Shown in pieces: positions 31,410 to 40,238 of a stretch of 64,000 nt of DNA; the first letter of the stretch is position 1, and every line of letters begins with the position of its first letter. The stretch is from contig SKJB01000050.1 of NCBI GenBank assembly GCA_007116145.1, positions 1,638-65,637 of the forward strand, read 5' to 3'. Source of the DNA: Limnochordia bacterium (GTDB taxonomy: Bacteria; Bacillota; Limnochordia; Darwinibacteriales; DTU012). Position numbers and translations under genes: made by a program. Below the pieces are notes generated by a model. The model saw nothing but the letters and a program-made list of their open reading frames with translations. It was not told the origin of the DNA and did not search any database.

Positions 31410-31679
31410 TTACATGATTGCACTGCCAATTCGATTATCTTCAACGGTGAGCTCAACCGTCTCCGTTAATATATCCGCATAGGTATATGACATACGTTGA
31501 ATAGCACTAGATTTATCCAACTTCACCACAAATACTTTTGGGTACGTGTTCTCTAGTACGCCTTCCGCTTCAACAACCTTCTTGCGTCCCTTATTAGCTT
31601 TTAGTTTTATCTTCTTCCCAATACAAGCTTCCAGATTGAGCTTAATCTGATCTAATGGATTAACCACTTTTACTGCCAT
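31410..31679 (-). CDS. veg: Veg family protein
   Basis: KANKGRKK, GVLENTYPKVFVV, SYTYADILTETVEL. Confidence 0.95.
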   Translation of the reverse strand: MAVKVVNPLDQIKLNLEACIGKKIKLKANKGRKKVVEAEGVLENTYPKVFVVKLDKSSAIQRMSYTYADILTETVELTVEDNRIGSAIM

Positions 31680-31713
31680 GCGCTCACCTTCCTTGTACCG
31701 ATTTGTCCACTTC

Positions 31714-31781
31714 AGTATACTACACTTTCCGTTCGTTGTCAATAAACTATTATTCTACCAAGTAAAGTATACATCTGTCAA
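31714..31781 (-). promoter_or_regulatory. Tandem SigA promoters of veg
   Basis: TTGACA-N18-TAGAAT (31752-31781) and TTGACA-N17-TATACT (31714-31742). Confidence 0.75.
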
Positions 31782-31853
31782 GTAGGTCTTTAAATTAATT
31801 TCAGTTAGGCACTCGATCATCAGTACCACATCTTCCACCTTTATTCTATCCAT
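31755..31853 (-). pseudogene. 32-codon ORF with strong RBS, possible yabG 5' remnant
   Basis: AAGGAGG RBS then MDRIKVEDVVLMIECLTEINLKTYLTDVYFTW; occupies the usual yabG position before veg. Confidence 0.35.
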
Positions 31854-31935
31854 CTAGGCCCCTCCTTATCAGCCGATTGTACGAAAAGAAGAAAAGTAGA
31901 GCATTCTCGTCGCAAAAAGGACGATGACTCTACCT

Positions 31936-32412
31936 CTATTTCGTGTACTTATCCGCTACAGTCATCGCACCATACGAGTAGGGTTTTATTCTTGCGTCGA
32001 ATCCTGACCCCACAACCATGCCCACAACTTCCTTAATCAGATCCTTTGTCGCCCCATTAGTGCCCACATCAAGGTGGATCTCGATATTGAACTCGTGTCC
32101 TGACTCTGCGAGTTTTTCGGCAAGCCTTGATGCGAGCACCAAACTACGGGAAGTCTCATAAAAAATTCGTTGGCGCAAACTACGCGTCATGCGCTCATAC
32201 TCTTTCGCGTAATAGAACCGACCACCCTTACCGCGCCGGTGCACCACGAGGGCCGTGACATAGCAAACTTCATCTCGAACTTCCTTTTGTTGCGAATCAC
32301 TACCAATAATTAGCAAATATTCATCGTCTGGATTGCATTGGGCGTACTTAACAACGTCGTCGTATACTTGTTCTAGTGAAACCGGACCTAGTGTTGGGCT
32401 AATAAAGTCCAA
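31936..32412 (-). CDS. RNase H-like YkuK (DUF458) family protein
   Basis: IGSDSQ, VHRRGKGG, ETSRSL, EIHLDVG, IKPYSYGA, ADKYTK. Confidence 0.85.
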   Translation of the reverse strand: MDFISPTLGPVSLEQVYDDVVKYAQCNPDDEYLLIIGSDSQQKEVRDEVCYVTALVVHRRGKGGRFYYAKEYERMTRSLRQRIFYETSRSLVLASRLAEKLAESGHEFNIEIHLDVGTNGATKDLIKEVVGMVVGSGFDARIKPYSYGAMTVADKYTK

Positions 32413-32458
32413 TATACCACCCCTCTCACATTACCTTGTCTACTCCAACGAGGTCGAT

Positions 32459-33334
32459 CTAGCGACCTGCTAGCGCTAACAGACCCTGGGTTAGATCACA
32501 AAATTGCTCTAGGGAGAGCACTTCGCCACGACAAGTAACTGCAATATCTAAATCCATAAGCACCTGATCAAGCTCTCCCCCGCTAATTCCCCAGGCTTGT
32601 ATTAGTGATCGCAAGCTGTTTTTGATTGTTTTACGCCGTTGGCCAAATGCGGCCTTTATGACTTGAAATAGCGCTTTGACGGGTACACTTGTTACTGGTT
32701 CTTTTACAAGTAGCTGGATAACTGTTGAGTCTACATCCGGCGACGGCATGAACACAGTGCGTGGTGCCTTGGCTACGAGTATTGGGTCGCTATAGTACTG
32801 CACAGCAAGACTAAGAACACCATACTCCTTCGTGGCTGGTTTTGCCATCATTCGATCAGCTACTTCTTGTTGCACCATGACGGTGACAGATGCAAAAGGC
32901 ACATTTCCTTCTAACGCTTGCATCACTAACGGCGTGGTTAGGTAATACGGCAAATTCGCTACTAACTTAACGGGCTCGTCCGTCCATCCGCGTTGAACCA
33001 ATTGAGCTCGCCAATCGATCGCCATGGCGTCACCTGCCACGATACGTATATTTTTCTGATCAATGTTCTCTTGTAAAAACAAAACAAGATCGCGATCGAT
33101 TTCAAAACTAATCACCTGCTTACACTGGTGAGCCAACTGTGTAGTTAAGCTGCCGAGTCCTGTTCCGATCTCTATCACGTAGTCCGTTGCGTTTAACTGG
33201 GCACTTGCGACAATCTTCATTAGGATATTGCGGTCGATCAAAAAATTTTGCCCAAACCGGCGTTTAAAGCGAAATTGATACTTTTCCATGATTTCTTTCA
33301 TATAGCTTGGCACTACCAGTCGTTCACTCTCCAC
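32459..33334 (-). CDS. rsmA: 16S rRNA dimethyladenosine transferase KsgA
   Basis: GQNFL, EIGTGLG, ANLPYY, FGQRRKT. Confidence 0.96.
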   Translation of the reverse strand: MESERLVVPSYMKEIMEKYQFRFKRRFGQNFLIDRNILMKIVASAQLNATDYVIEIGTGLGSLTTQLAHQCKQVISFEIDRDLVLFLQENIDQKNIRIVAGDAMAIDWRAQLVQRGWTDEPVKLVANLPYYLTTPLVMQALEGNVPFASVTVMVQQEVADRMMAKPATKEYGVLSLAVQYYSDPILVAKAPRTVFMPSPDVDSTVIQLLVKEPVTSVPVKALFQVIKAAFGQRRKTIKNSLRSLIQAWGISGGELDQVLMDLDIAVTCRGEVLSLEQFCDLTQGLLALAGR

Positions 33335-33348
33335 AACAAACCTCCTCA

Positions 33349-33576
33349 TTATTTCCCGGGAAATATTGGTTTTTCCCAAAACAGCAAATCAAAACTTCCC
33401 TTGGTTAATCGACTAAGTTCGTCGTGTAAGTGATTTTCATCAAGCTCGTCCATATTATCAAGTAATTGCAGTATTTGATCAAAGTCTGCTTCCGATATCC
33501 GTTCTTTATGCACTAAGGATTCACAAACCGAAATAAATTGCAATTTAACTCGCTCTAACTCTTCAAAAAGTGCCAC
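33349..33576 (-). CDS. Small acidic hypothetical protein
   Basis: GTG start overlapping the helicase stop, RBS GAGGTG; fills the gap to rsmA. Confidence 0.65.
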   Translation of the reverse strand: MALFEELERVKLQFISVCESLVHKERISEADFDQILQLLDNMDELDENHLHDELSRLTKGSFDLLFWEKPIFPGK

Positions 33577-34949
33577 TAGCGACTCACCTCATTTTTAAAC
33601 TCATCGATAAACCGGGTATACTCTTTAACAAAGCGCAACTTAACGGTGCCTGTCGCTCCCTTGCGCTGCTTCGCAAAAATAATTTCTACCAGCCCTTGTG
33701 TGCCTGTTGCTTCTGCTTCTTCTGGGTGGTAGTAATCATCACGATATAAAAAGATTACCGCGTCCGCAAACTCTTCGATATTTCCAGAGTCACGCAAGTC
33801 GGACATCATCGGCCGTTTGTTATCTCGGCTTTCCACTGATCGGTTCAACTGCGACAGGAGGATAAGCGGGACATCTAATTCACCAGCTAAATCACGTAAT
33901 TCTCGCACTATCTCCCCGACAATTAATGACCAGCTACGCCCACCGGTGTTCATGGGTGCTTTGATTAATTGTAGATAATCGATGACAATTAGCCCTAAAT
34001 CAGGTTTTTCGGCCTTGATCTTGCGCGCTTTGGCCCGAATCTCTGCACAGGTTAATCCCCGTTTATCAACAATTGTAATTGGTATCTGGTAGAGCTCATT
34101 AAAGACTTTTTGAGCACGTGAAAACTGTTCGTCAGAGAGTCTTGTCTGATATTCCGTGGATGTTATTTCAAAATCACCCTGCTCCTTGTAGCGGAAGAAT
34201 TCATTGAGCACTATTCGATCGCCAATTTGTTCGTCATCCATTTCTAAACTAAAAAGTAAAACAGGAATATTCCGCTTGGCTACATTAACTACCATGTTCA
34301 TGGCGAAGGCTGTTTTGCCCATGGAAGGGCGGGCGGCTAGAATAATTAAGTCTTTACGTTTAAAACCTGTGGTCATACCATCTATCGAAGGAAACCGGAC
34401 AGAGAGCCCATAAGCACTATCTACGCCATGGCGCCGCTCCACCAATTTTATGTAGCATTTATTTAACACTTCCAACAGACTTTTTGCATCCTGCTCCGCT
34501 GCAACCAAGTTTTGTGTGGCAGCAAAAATGATTTCCTGCGCCTTTGCTTGAACACTACTGAGATTATCCTCGGCGTCAGCGATTGCTAACTCTTTGATGC
34601 TCTCTACTGCGTCAAGTAAGCGGCGAGTTCCTTCTTTTTGCCGTAATATTTCTATACATGGTTCTAACTCACTCATGCCGACAAATGATTCTGTTAGCTG
34701 CATTAAGGTCTGTGTGGGGTCATCGATTATGTTCTCTTTCCGTAACTGGTTATACACCTGCGTATAGGAAATCCGACCCGACTTATTATATAAGTCAATA
34801 ATTACTTCGTAAATCTTGCGGTAAGCGCTTTCGTGGAAGTGCTCAGGGCGCAACTTATCGATCACTTGATCAATTCGTTGCGGGTATTTAATTAAAACTC
34901 CAAGCACCCGCTGTTCGGCATTCCGATCGACAGCACTAAACTTCGTCAT
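33576..34949 (-). CDS. dnaB: DnaB-family (SF4) replicative DNA helicase
   Basis: AEQRVLG, AARPSMGKT, FSLEM, IDYLQL, LSQLNR, DLRDSG, KQRKG. Confidence 0.93.
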   Translation of the reverse strand: MTKFSAVDRNAEQRVLGVLIKYPQRIDQVIDKLRPEHFHESAYRKIYEVIIDLYNKSGRISYTQVYNQLRKENIIDDPTQTLMQLTESFVGMSELEPCIEILRQKEGTRRLLDAVESIKELAIADAEDNLSSVQAKAQEIIFAATQNLVAAEQDAKSLLEVLNKCYIKLVERRHGVDSAYGLSVRFPSIDGMTTGFKRKDLIILAARPSMGKTAFAMNMVVNVAKRNIPVLLFSLEMDDEQIGDRIVLNEFFRYKEQGDFEITSTEYQTRLSDEQFSRAQKVFNELYQIPITIVDKRGLTCAEIRAKARKIKAEKPDLGLIVIDYLQLIKAPMNTGGRSWSLIVGEIVRELRDLAGELDVPLILLSQLNRSVESRDNKRPMMSDLRDSGNIEEFADAVIFLYRDDYYHPEEAEATGTQGLVEIIFAKQRKGATGTVKLRFVKEYTRFIDEFKNEVSR

Positions 34950-35649
34950 CGAACTCATCAGGAAACAACTCCTTCCACTTTTTCGTTGCATCCAAAGACA
35001 CTGCCGACTGACTCTGCGGAGCTAGCACTTTTGTTAAATAAGGTTTTTCTAATAGTTGGGTGTAACTATGAACCCCTTCATTAGACCAGTTACGAAGTAT
35101 TCCCTCCACATAGGCAAAGTGTGGATTATCAATAGCTGCACACATCTCTTCAATAGCCACTGCAATCACTTCATGGGACATCTGTTTTTTCTCCATCCAA
35201 AACATGAGCTTCTTCATCTCTTCGGGTGAGGGCGGGGAGACGCGATTTGACCAGCAAGTGATTAACCACTCAAACCCTTGCTGATTCTTATCCAAAACGT
35301 CCTCACTACTATGACTTGGGGCCGGTGTGTCTGCAGGAATAGAAGGAAGACTAGCAGGTTGGGAGCTCGGGACACTAAGCTTAATCTCATATCCTTCATC
35401 ATTTATCCAACCATGGTCCGCGAGCTTCACTAGAGAGCGATTTACTTCAGACACCTCTAATCCCATCGCCTCAGCCAAAAAGCTTATACTAAGGGCTTGG
35501 TGCTTCTCCACAAATAGTAATAGATTAATCCATAACAATACCGCATGTACCCCAAGCTCTGGTTGAGCTGCAAGTATTTCTATGGGTACCTGTAACGGCA
35601 TATTTTTTATTCCCGTTAACATAAAACCCGCATTTTGATTACTCGTCAT
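34936..35649 (-). CDS. DnaD-domain replication protein
   Basis: N-terminal wHTH-like region, Pro/Ser linker, DnaD/DnaB_2 motif YVEGILRNW. Confidence 0.8.
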   Translation of the reverse strand: MTSNQNAGFMLTGIKNMPLQVPIEILAAQPELGVHAVLLWINLLLFVEKHQALSISFLAEAMGLEVSEVNRSLVKLADHGWINDEGYEIKLSVPSSQPASLPSIPADTPAPSHSSEDVLDKNQQGFEWLITCWSNRVSPPSPEEMKKLMFWMEKKQMSHEVIAVAIEEMCAAIDNPHFAYVEGILRNWSNEGVHSYTQLLEKPYLTKVLAPQSQSAVSLDATKKWKELFPDEFDDEV

Positions 35650-37507
35650 CTAGCGCACCCCACTCCTGATAAACGTGTTCTAACTGGTCTCGCACCCGAT
35701 GGTATTCGGCCACTGTAGCTTTGCTCTTTAACTCATCTTGATACAATGCACTATCTGCCAATAGTGCTTCGAATGCCTTTTGCTTTGCTTCTAGTTCGAT
35801 TATTTTTTGTTCGAGCAAAACCTGTCGCTCTAACCGCTTTTTTGCAAGATTTTTTTGTTGATTACCGAAACGTTGATTATGCTTATAATCGCTTTGGGTA
35901 GCTTGCTTGACCTGGGCTGAACTCTCCTGTAAAACCTGACGATATTTAGCATACGTTCCTTCAAACACTCTAATTGTTCCTTTATCTAAAATCCAAAGTT
36001 TCGTCGCTAACGCATTCACAAAATAGCGGTCATGCGAGACAAATAAGACGGTACCTCCAAAGTCTAACAGTGCGGCTTCTAACGCAGAACGAGCGTAGAT
36101 ATCTAGATGATTTGTCGGCTCATCAAGCAACAAAAAATTCGGTGCTGCGAGCAGTAGTTTTGCCATGGCTAAACGATTACGCTCCCCACCGCTAAGTATA
36201 CTCACTGCTTTAAAGACATCATCCCCTCGAAACAGGAAGCGAGCGAGTATTGAGCGCAACTCTCCTAATTCTCCACGATGAGCGGCATACAATTCGTCTA
36301 AAACAGTTCCTTGCTCAGTGAAGGAAATGTTTTGTGAGAAGTAACCGGGATCAACATTCACACCCCACGTAATTTCTCCTTGATAATCCAATGCGTTTGC
36401 TAATATTTTTAATAGTGTAGTTTTACCACACCCATTAGGACCAAGTAGTGCAATGCGTTCGCCACGGGTGATTTCACCATTAACACCGCTTAAAACTGGT
36501 TGATCATAGCCTTTGGTAATATTTTTTAATGTAACCACCTTTATCCCCGTGATCCGCTTCGGCTGCAACCGAATACGCATATGAGGATCTTTGGAAATCT
36601 GTTTCACAGGCTCTAATTTATCCAACCGCTTTTCTAAGCTTTTCGCTTGCTTTGCTCGGGTTCCAGAGCCAAACTTACGAATAAAGCCTGCGATTTTCTC
36701 TCGCTCGGTCTGTTGCTTTTGGCGTAAGTCTTCTGCTTGATCGATTCGTTGTTGTCGTTGTCCTTGATACGCCGAGTAATTGCCCTTGTAGGTGTAGAGT
36801 GTGAAGTCTTGTAACTCCCAAATCCGATTGACTACCCGATCCAAAAAATAGCGATCATGAGAGACCACAAGTACTGCTTTTGGATAGGTAGGCAAGAAAC
36901 TTTCTAACCACTCCAAAGCATTAATATCAAGGTGGTTGGTGGGTTCATCCAATAACAATAGATCCGGATTCTCAAGTAGGAGGCGGGTTAGTTGGGCACG
37001 CATTTGTTGTCCTCCGCTAAACGTGTCTAACGATTTATCCAAGTCGCTTTCCGTAAATCCTAACCCGAAAGCCACTCGTTTAATCTCTACTTGATAGTTA
37101 TATCCCCCTCCCTCTTCCCATTTTTGCTGGGCTAGGGCGTACTGCTTCATCAATCTATCTAAATCTTTAGAATCGTTATCGATCTTTGTCTGTGCTAATT
37201 GTTTTTCAAGTTGGTCCATCTCAGCCTTAAGTGCTAACAAACCAGCAAATGTTTGCCCTAAATAATCGCCTAAGGTCTCTTTCGAGTTGATGAGTAGTTG
37301 CTGTAGATACCCGATTCGATACTTTTGGCCTTTTATGATTTGACCCTTCTCATAAGGCTCTAAGCCCGCTAATATCCGCAGCAGGGTCGTCTTCCCAATA
37401 CCATTTTCACCGACGAAACCAATTCGATCATCAATGGCAATCGAGGCCTGTATATGTTCAAACACTAGTTGATCGGCATAATATTTACATACGTCTTTAA
37501 TTACCAT
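35639..37507 (-). CDS. ABC-F family ATPase with C-terminal coiled coil
   Basis: Two NBDs (GENGIGKT, GPNGCGKT), FSGG/LSGG, LDEPTNHLD twice. Confidence 0.9.
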   Translation of the reverse strand: MVIKDVCKYYADQLVFEHIQASIAIDDRIGFVGENGIGKTTLLRILAGLEPYEKGQIIKGQKYRIGYLQQLLINSKETLGDYLGQTFAGLLALKAEMDQLEKQLAQTKIDNDSKDLDRLMKQYALAQQKWEEGGGYNYQVEIKRVAFGLGFTESDLDKSLDTFSGGQQMRAQLTRLLLENPDLLLLDEPTNHLDINALEWLESFLPTYPKAVLVVSHDRYFLDRVVNRIWELQDFTLYTYKGNYSAYQGQRQQRIDQAEDLRQKQQTEREKIAGFIRKFGSGTRAKQAKSLEKRLDKLEPVKQISKDPHMRIRLQPKRITGIKVVTLKNITKGYDQPVLSGVNGEITRGERIALLGPNGCGKTTLLKILANALDYQGEITWGVNVDPGYFSQNISFTEQGTVLDELYAAHRGELGELRSILARFLFRGDDVFKAVSILSGGERNRLAMAKLLLAAPNFLLLDEPTNHLDIYARSALEAALLDFGGTVLFVSHDRYFVNALATKLWILDKGTIRVFEGTYAKYRQVLQESSAQVKQATQSDYKHNQRFGNQQKNLAKKRLERQVLLEQKIIELEAKQKAFEALLADSALYQDELKSKATVAEYHRVRDQLEHVYQEWGALDDE

Positions 37508-37631
37508 GGCAAACTCCCCCTACGTACTTATACCACATGCACCCTTATAATTCCTGTCGCATACGATTGAGAAAGAGACCTGGCCAATTGTTTATCGAGG
37601 CGGTTAGTGATCAGGTAGGGTAACTTCGGCG

Positions 37632-38708
37632 CTAAAGAGTGGTTTTTAATTGATTACGGATCTGATTACGAGTAATCGCTAGTTCGATTAACCTCTCTAC
37701 AAGCTGATGAAACGGAATTCCCGAAGCCTCCCATAGCTTCGGGTACATACTAATCTGGGTAAATCCTGGAATTGTATTAATTTCATTGACCAAAATTTTT
37801 CCTTCAGTATCGATAAAGAAGTCGACCCTAGCCATCCCCGCACAATCTACGGCTTGAAACGCTTTCACCGCATACCTCTTGATGCATTCTACTTGGTGAT
37901 CGGCTAAAGACGCAGGAATGACTAGTTGCGAGTTATCATTTAGGTACTTGGCTTCATAATCATAGAATTCATTCCCAGGTTTAATTTCGCCAGGAACAGA
38001 AGCGATGGGATCATCATTACCTAAGACACTACACTCAATTTCGCGCGGGTTCGTCACAGCTTGTTCAATCACAATGCGTCGGTCATAATCACTCGCTATT
38101 GCCATCGCTCGTACTAATTCCTCGCAATTTTTTGCTTTTGAGACACCAACACTAGAGCCTAGGTTTGCTGGCTTCACAAAGCACGGGTACCCTATTGTCT
38201 CCGCGATCTCTGCGATTACCTGCTCACGCTCACGCTGCCACCGATTGCTTGTAATCGTCACCCACGGCGCCAGGGGCAAGCCCTCAGCCGCGAATAACAC
38301 CCGCATCATACCTTTATCCATTGACACCGCTGAACCCACAACACCGGCTCCTACATAGGGGATATTCGCCAACTCTAATAACCCCTGAATCGTACCATCC
38401 TCCCCGTACGTCCCATGAAGAACTGGAAACACCACATCGATACTGCGATCAAGCGTCGGATCCGGATTCAACACAATGCCATGTGTCTCCTCGCCACCAC
38501 CCTCAAGCATAAGATTGGGAAGTTCACCTGCCCGCATCAGCGCGAGACTCTCTGTTGCAAGCACCCACCTTCCCTCCTTAGTAATGCCCAAAGGAACTAC
38601 CTCATAGTTACTCCGATCCAAAGCAGTAATAACAGCTCTCGCAGACAACAGCGAAACCTCATGCTCCCCAGAACGCCCACCAAATATCACACCAACCCGG
38701 ATTTTCAT
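37632..38708 (-). CDS. ddl: D-alanine--D-alanine ligase
   Basis: GGRSGEHEVS, LHGTYGEDG, GSSVG, NEINTIPGFT. Confidence 0.96.
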   Translation of the reverse strand: MKIRVGVIFGGRSGEHEVSLLSARAVITALDRSNYEVVPLGITKEGRWVLATESLALMRAGELPNLMLEGGGEETHGIVLNPDPTLDRSIDVVFPVLHGTYGEDGTIQGLLELANIPYVGAGVVGSAVSMDKGMMRVLFAAEGLPLAPWVTITSNRWQREREQVIAEIAETIGYPCFVKPANLGSSVGVSKAKNCEELVRAMAIASDYDRRIVIEQAVTNPREIECSVLGNDDPIASVPGEIKPGNEFYDYEAKYLNDNSQLVIPASLADHQVECIKRYAVKAFQAVDCAGMARVDFFIDTEGKILVNEINTIPGFTQISMYPKLWEASGIPFHQLVERLIELAITRNQIRNQLKTTL

Positions 38709-38758
38709 CGTTTGCAGCCTCCTTTTTTACCGTTTAGCACGGGATACTGGTCTTCTCC

Positions 38759-39142
38759 CTAGCCCTCACACAATGCGATCGCATCCATTTCTACTGCTAC
38801 ATTTTTCGGCAACCGTGATACCTCCACACAGACGCGGGCTGGAGGGTTAGCTTGGAAGTATTCAGCATATATTTCGTTAACTGTGGCAAAATTATCCATA
38901 TCGGTGAGATAGATAGTTACCTTTACAGCCTGCGCCATTGAGCTCTGACCTGCTTCTAGTACGGCTTTTAAATTCGCTAACACTTGGCGTGTTTGTGTCA
39001 CGATATCCCCTAATTTCAATTCACCATTTTCTGGTTTTATGGGAATTTGCCCTGATACAAAAAGCAAATTACCGACTCTAACTGCTTGTGAATATGCACC
39101 AACAGCTGCTGGTGCTTTTTTTGTAGAAATAACCTCTCGCAT
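38759..39142 (-). CDS. ridA: RidA/YjgF enamine deaminase
   Basis: APAAVGAYSQA, SGQIP, PAR, VEMDAIA. Confidence 0.93.
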   Translation of the reverse strand: MREVISTKKAPAAVGAYSQAVRVGNLLFVSGQIPIKPENGELKLGDIVTQTRQVLANLKAVLEAGQSSMAQAVKVTIYLTDMDNFATVNEIYAEYFQANPPARVCVEVSRLPKNVAVEMDAIALCEG

Positions 39143-39277
39143 GGTGGTTCCTCCAATATGCTTATTTTTGCTTGCTAAAACTTGCCCTATGCAGTTAGCC
39201 CTAGTCATACTATTCGTATTCAGCCGAACTTGACAAGGTGCACAGCAAATCGCTGAGAAATAGAAATCAGGTTCTAG

Positions 39278-39310
39278 AAAAAGACCTTATCCCAGGGGGG
39301 TGAGGTCTTT
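39278..39310 (-). terminator. Intrinsic terminator after aroE
   Basis: AAAGACCT...AGGTCTTT followed by T-tract. Confidence 0.6.
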
Positions 39311-39377
39311 GCAGTTCGAACGCAATTTTGCCTTGGTGCTACCTGGTCTCATCTACTTTAGCCTATCCCGCTTCTTC

Positions 39378-40229
39378 TCACTCCGCTTGATCTAGACTAC
39401 ATTTTACAGCATTATACATAACTTCTACAGGGGGACTTTCTCCCCACCAAAATTCCCACGCTTTTGCGGCTTGCCCCACTAACATTCCAACGCCGTTGAT
39501 GTTTGGCAAACCCTTAGCTTCGGCTGCCTGTAATAGCACTGTTCGCTGTGGACTATAAATGATATCGACTACTTTATGATGATCACACAGTAGCTCAATG
39601 GGAAACGGGGTCAAATTCCTCGTTGCCTTCATTCCAACAGAGGTAGTATTGACAATGACATCGCACTCATCGACGACTGTGTGTAGGGAACCAAGACTTT
39701 CTAAAACGCGAATTGTTCCCTTGGCATACCGATTTAGATCAGCAACTAATTTTTGCGCTCGCTTATCGCTCCGATTGGCAATAATAACGTGGCATTGATC
39801 TTTTAGCAACTGATTTACAATCGCCCGCGCGGACCCACCAGCTCCTATGATCAAGAATCGGGTCCCCGTAGGCTTTAGGTCCAAACCTTCTTGCAACGCT
39901 TCTACAAAGCCTGGCCCATCTGTGGTATGCCCAATCATTTTATTCTCTCTAAATAAAATGGTGTTTACTGTTCCTATCTCTCGCGCTTCCATCGTTAAAT
40001 CATCTAAAAAAGGGATAATTGTTTCCTTATAGGGTATTGTTACATTCAACCCGCGAAAACCAAGTGCCTTAGCACCAAGCAGCGCTGCTCCTATATTGCT
40101 CTCCTGCACATGCAGAGGCACATACATCGCTCGCTTACCTACTGCTCGAAATGCACTATTGTGCATTTCTGGTGACAAAGAGTGGTCTATCGGGTTTCCA
40201 ATCACTCCAAGAATCTCCATGTACTCCAT
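39378..40229 (-). CDS. aroE: Shikimate dehydrogenase
   Basis: HSLSPEMHN, NVTIPYK, GAGGSAR, NTTSVGM, MLVGQA. Confidence 0.95.
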   Translation of the reverse strand: MEYMEILGVIGNPIDHSLSPEMHNSAFRAVGKRAMYVPLHVQESNIGAALLGAKALGFRGLNVTIPYKETIIPFLDDLTMEAREIGTVNTILFRENKMIGHTTDGPGFVEALQEGLDLKPTGTRFLIIGAGGSARAIVNQLLKDQCHVIIANRSDKRAQKLVADLNRYAKGTIRVLESLGSLHTVVDECDVIVNTTSVGMKATRNLTPFPIELLCDHHKVVDIIYSPQRTVLLQAAEAKGLPNINGVGMLVGQAAKAWEFWWGESPPVEVMYNAVKCSLDQAE

Positions 40230-40238
40230 TCCTTTCGG

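Noticed and set aside
34936..35649. Intact prophage or phage origin in the DnaD-like gene
   Set aside because: No iteron repeats in the linker, and no integrase, repressor or structural genes
1011..37507. The two ABC-F genes as antibiotic resistance determinants
   Set aside because: Multiple housekeeping ABC-F paralogs are normal; no leader peptide or mobile context seen
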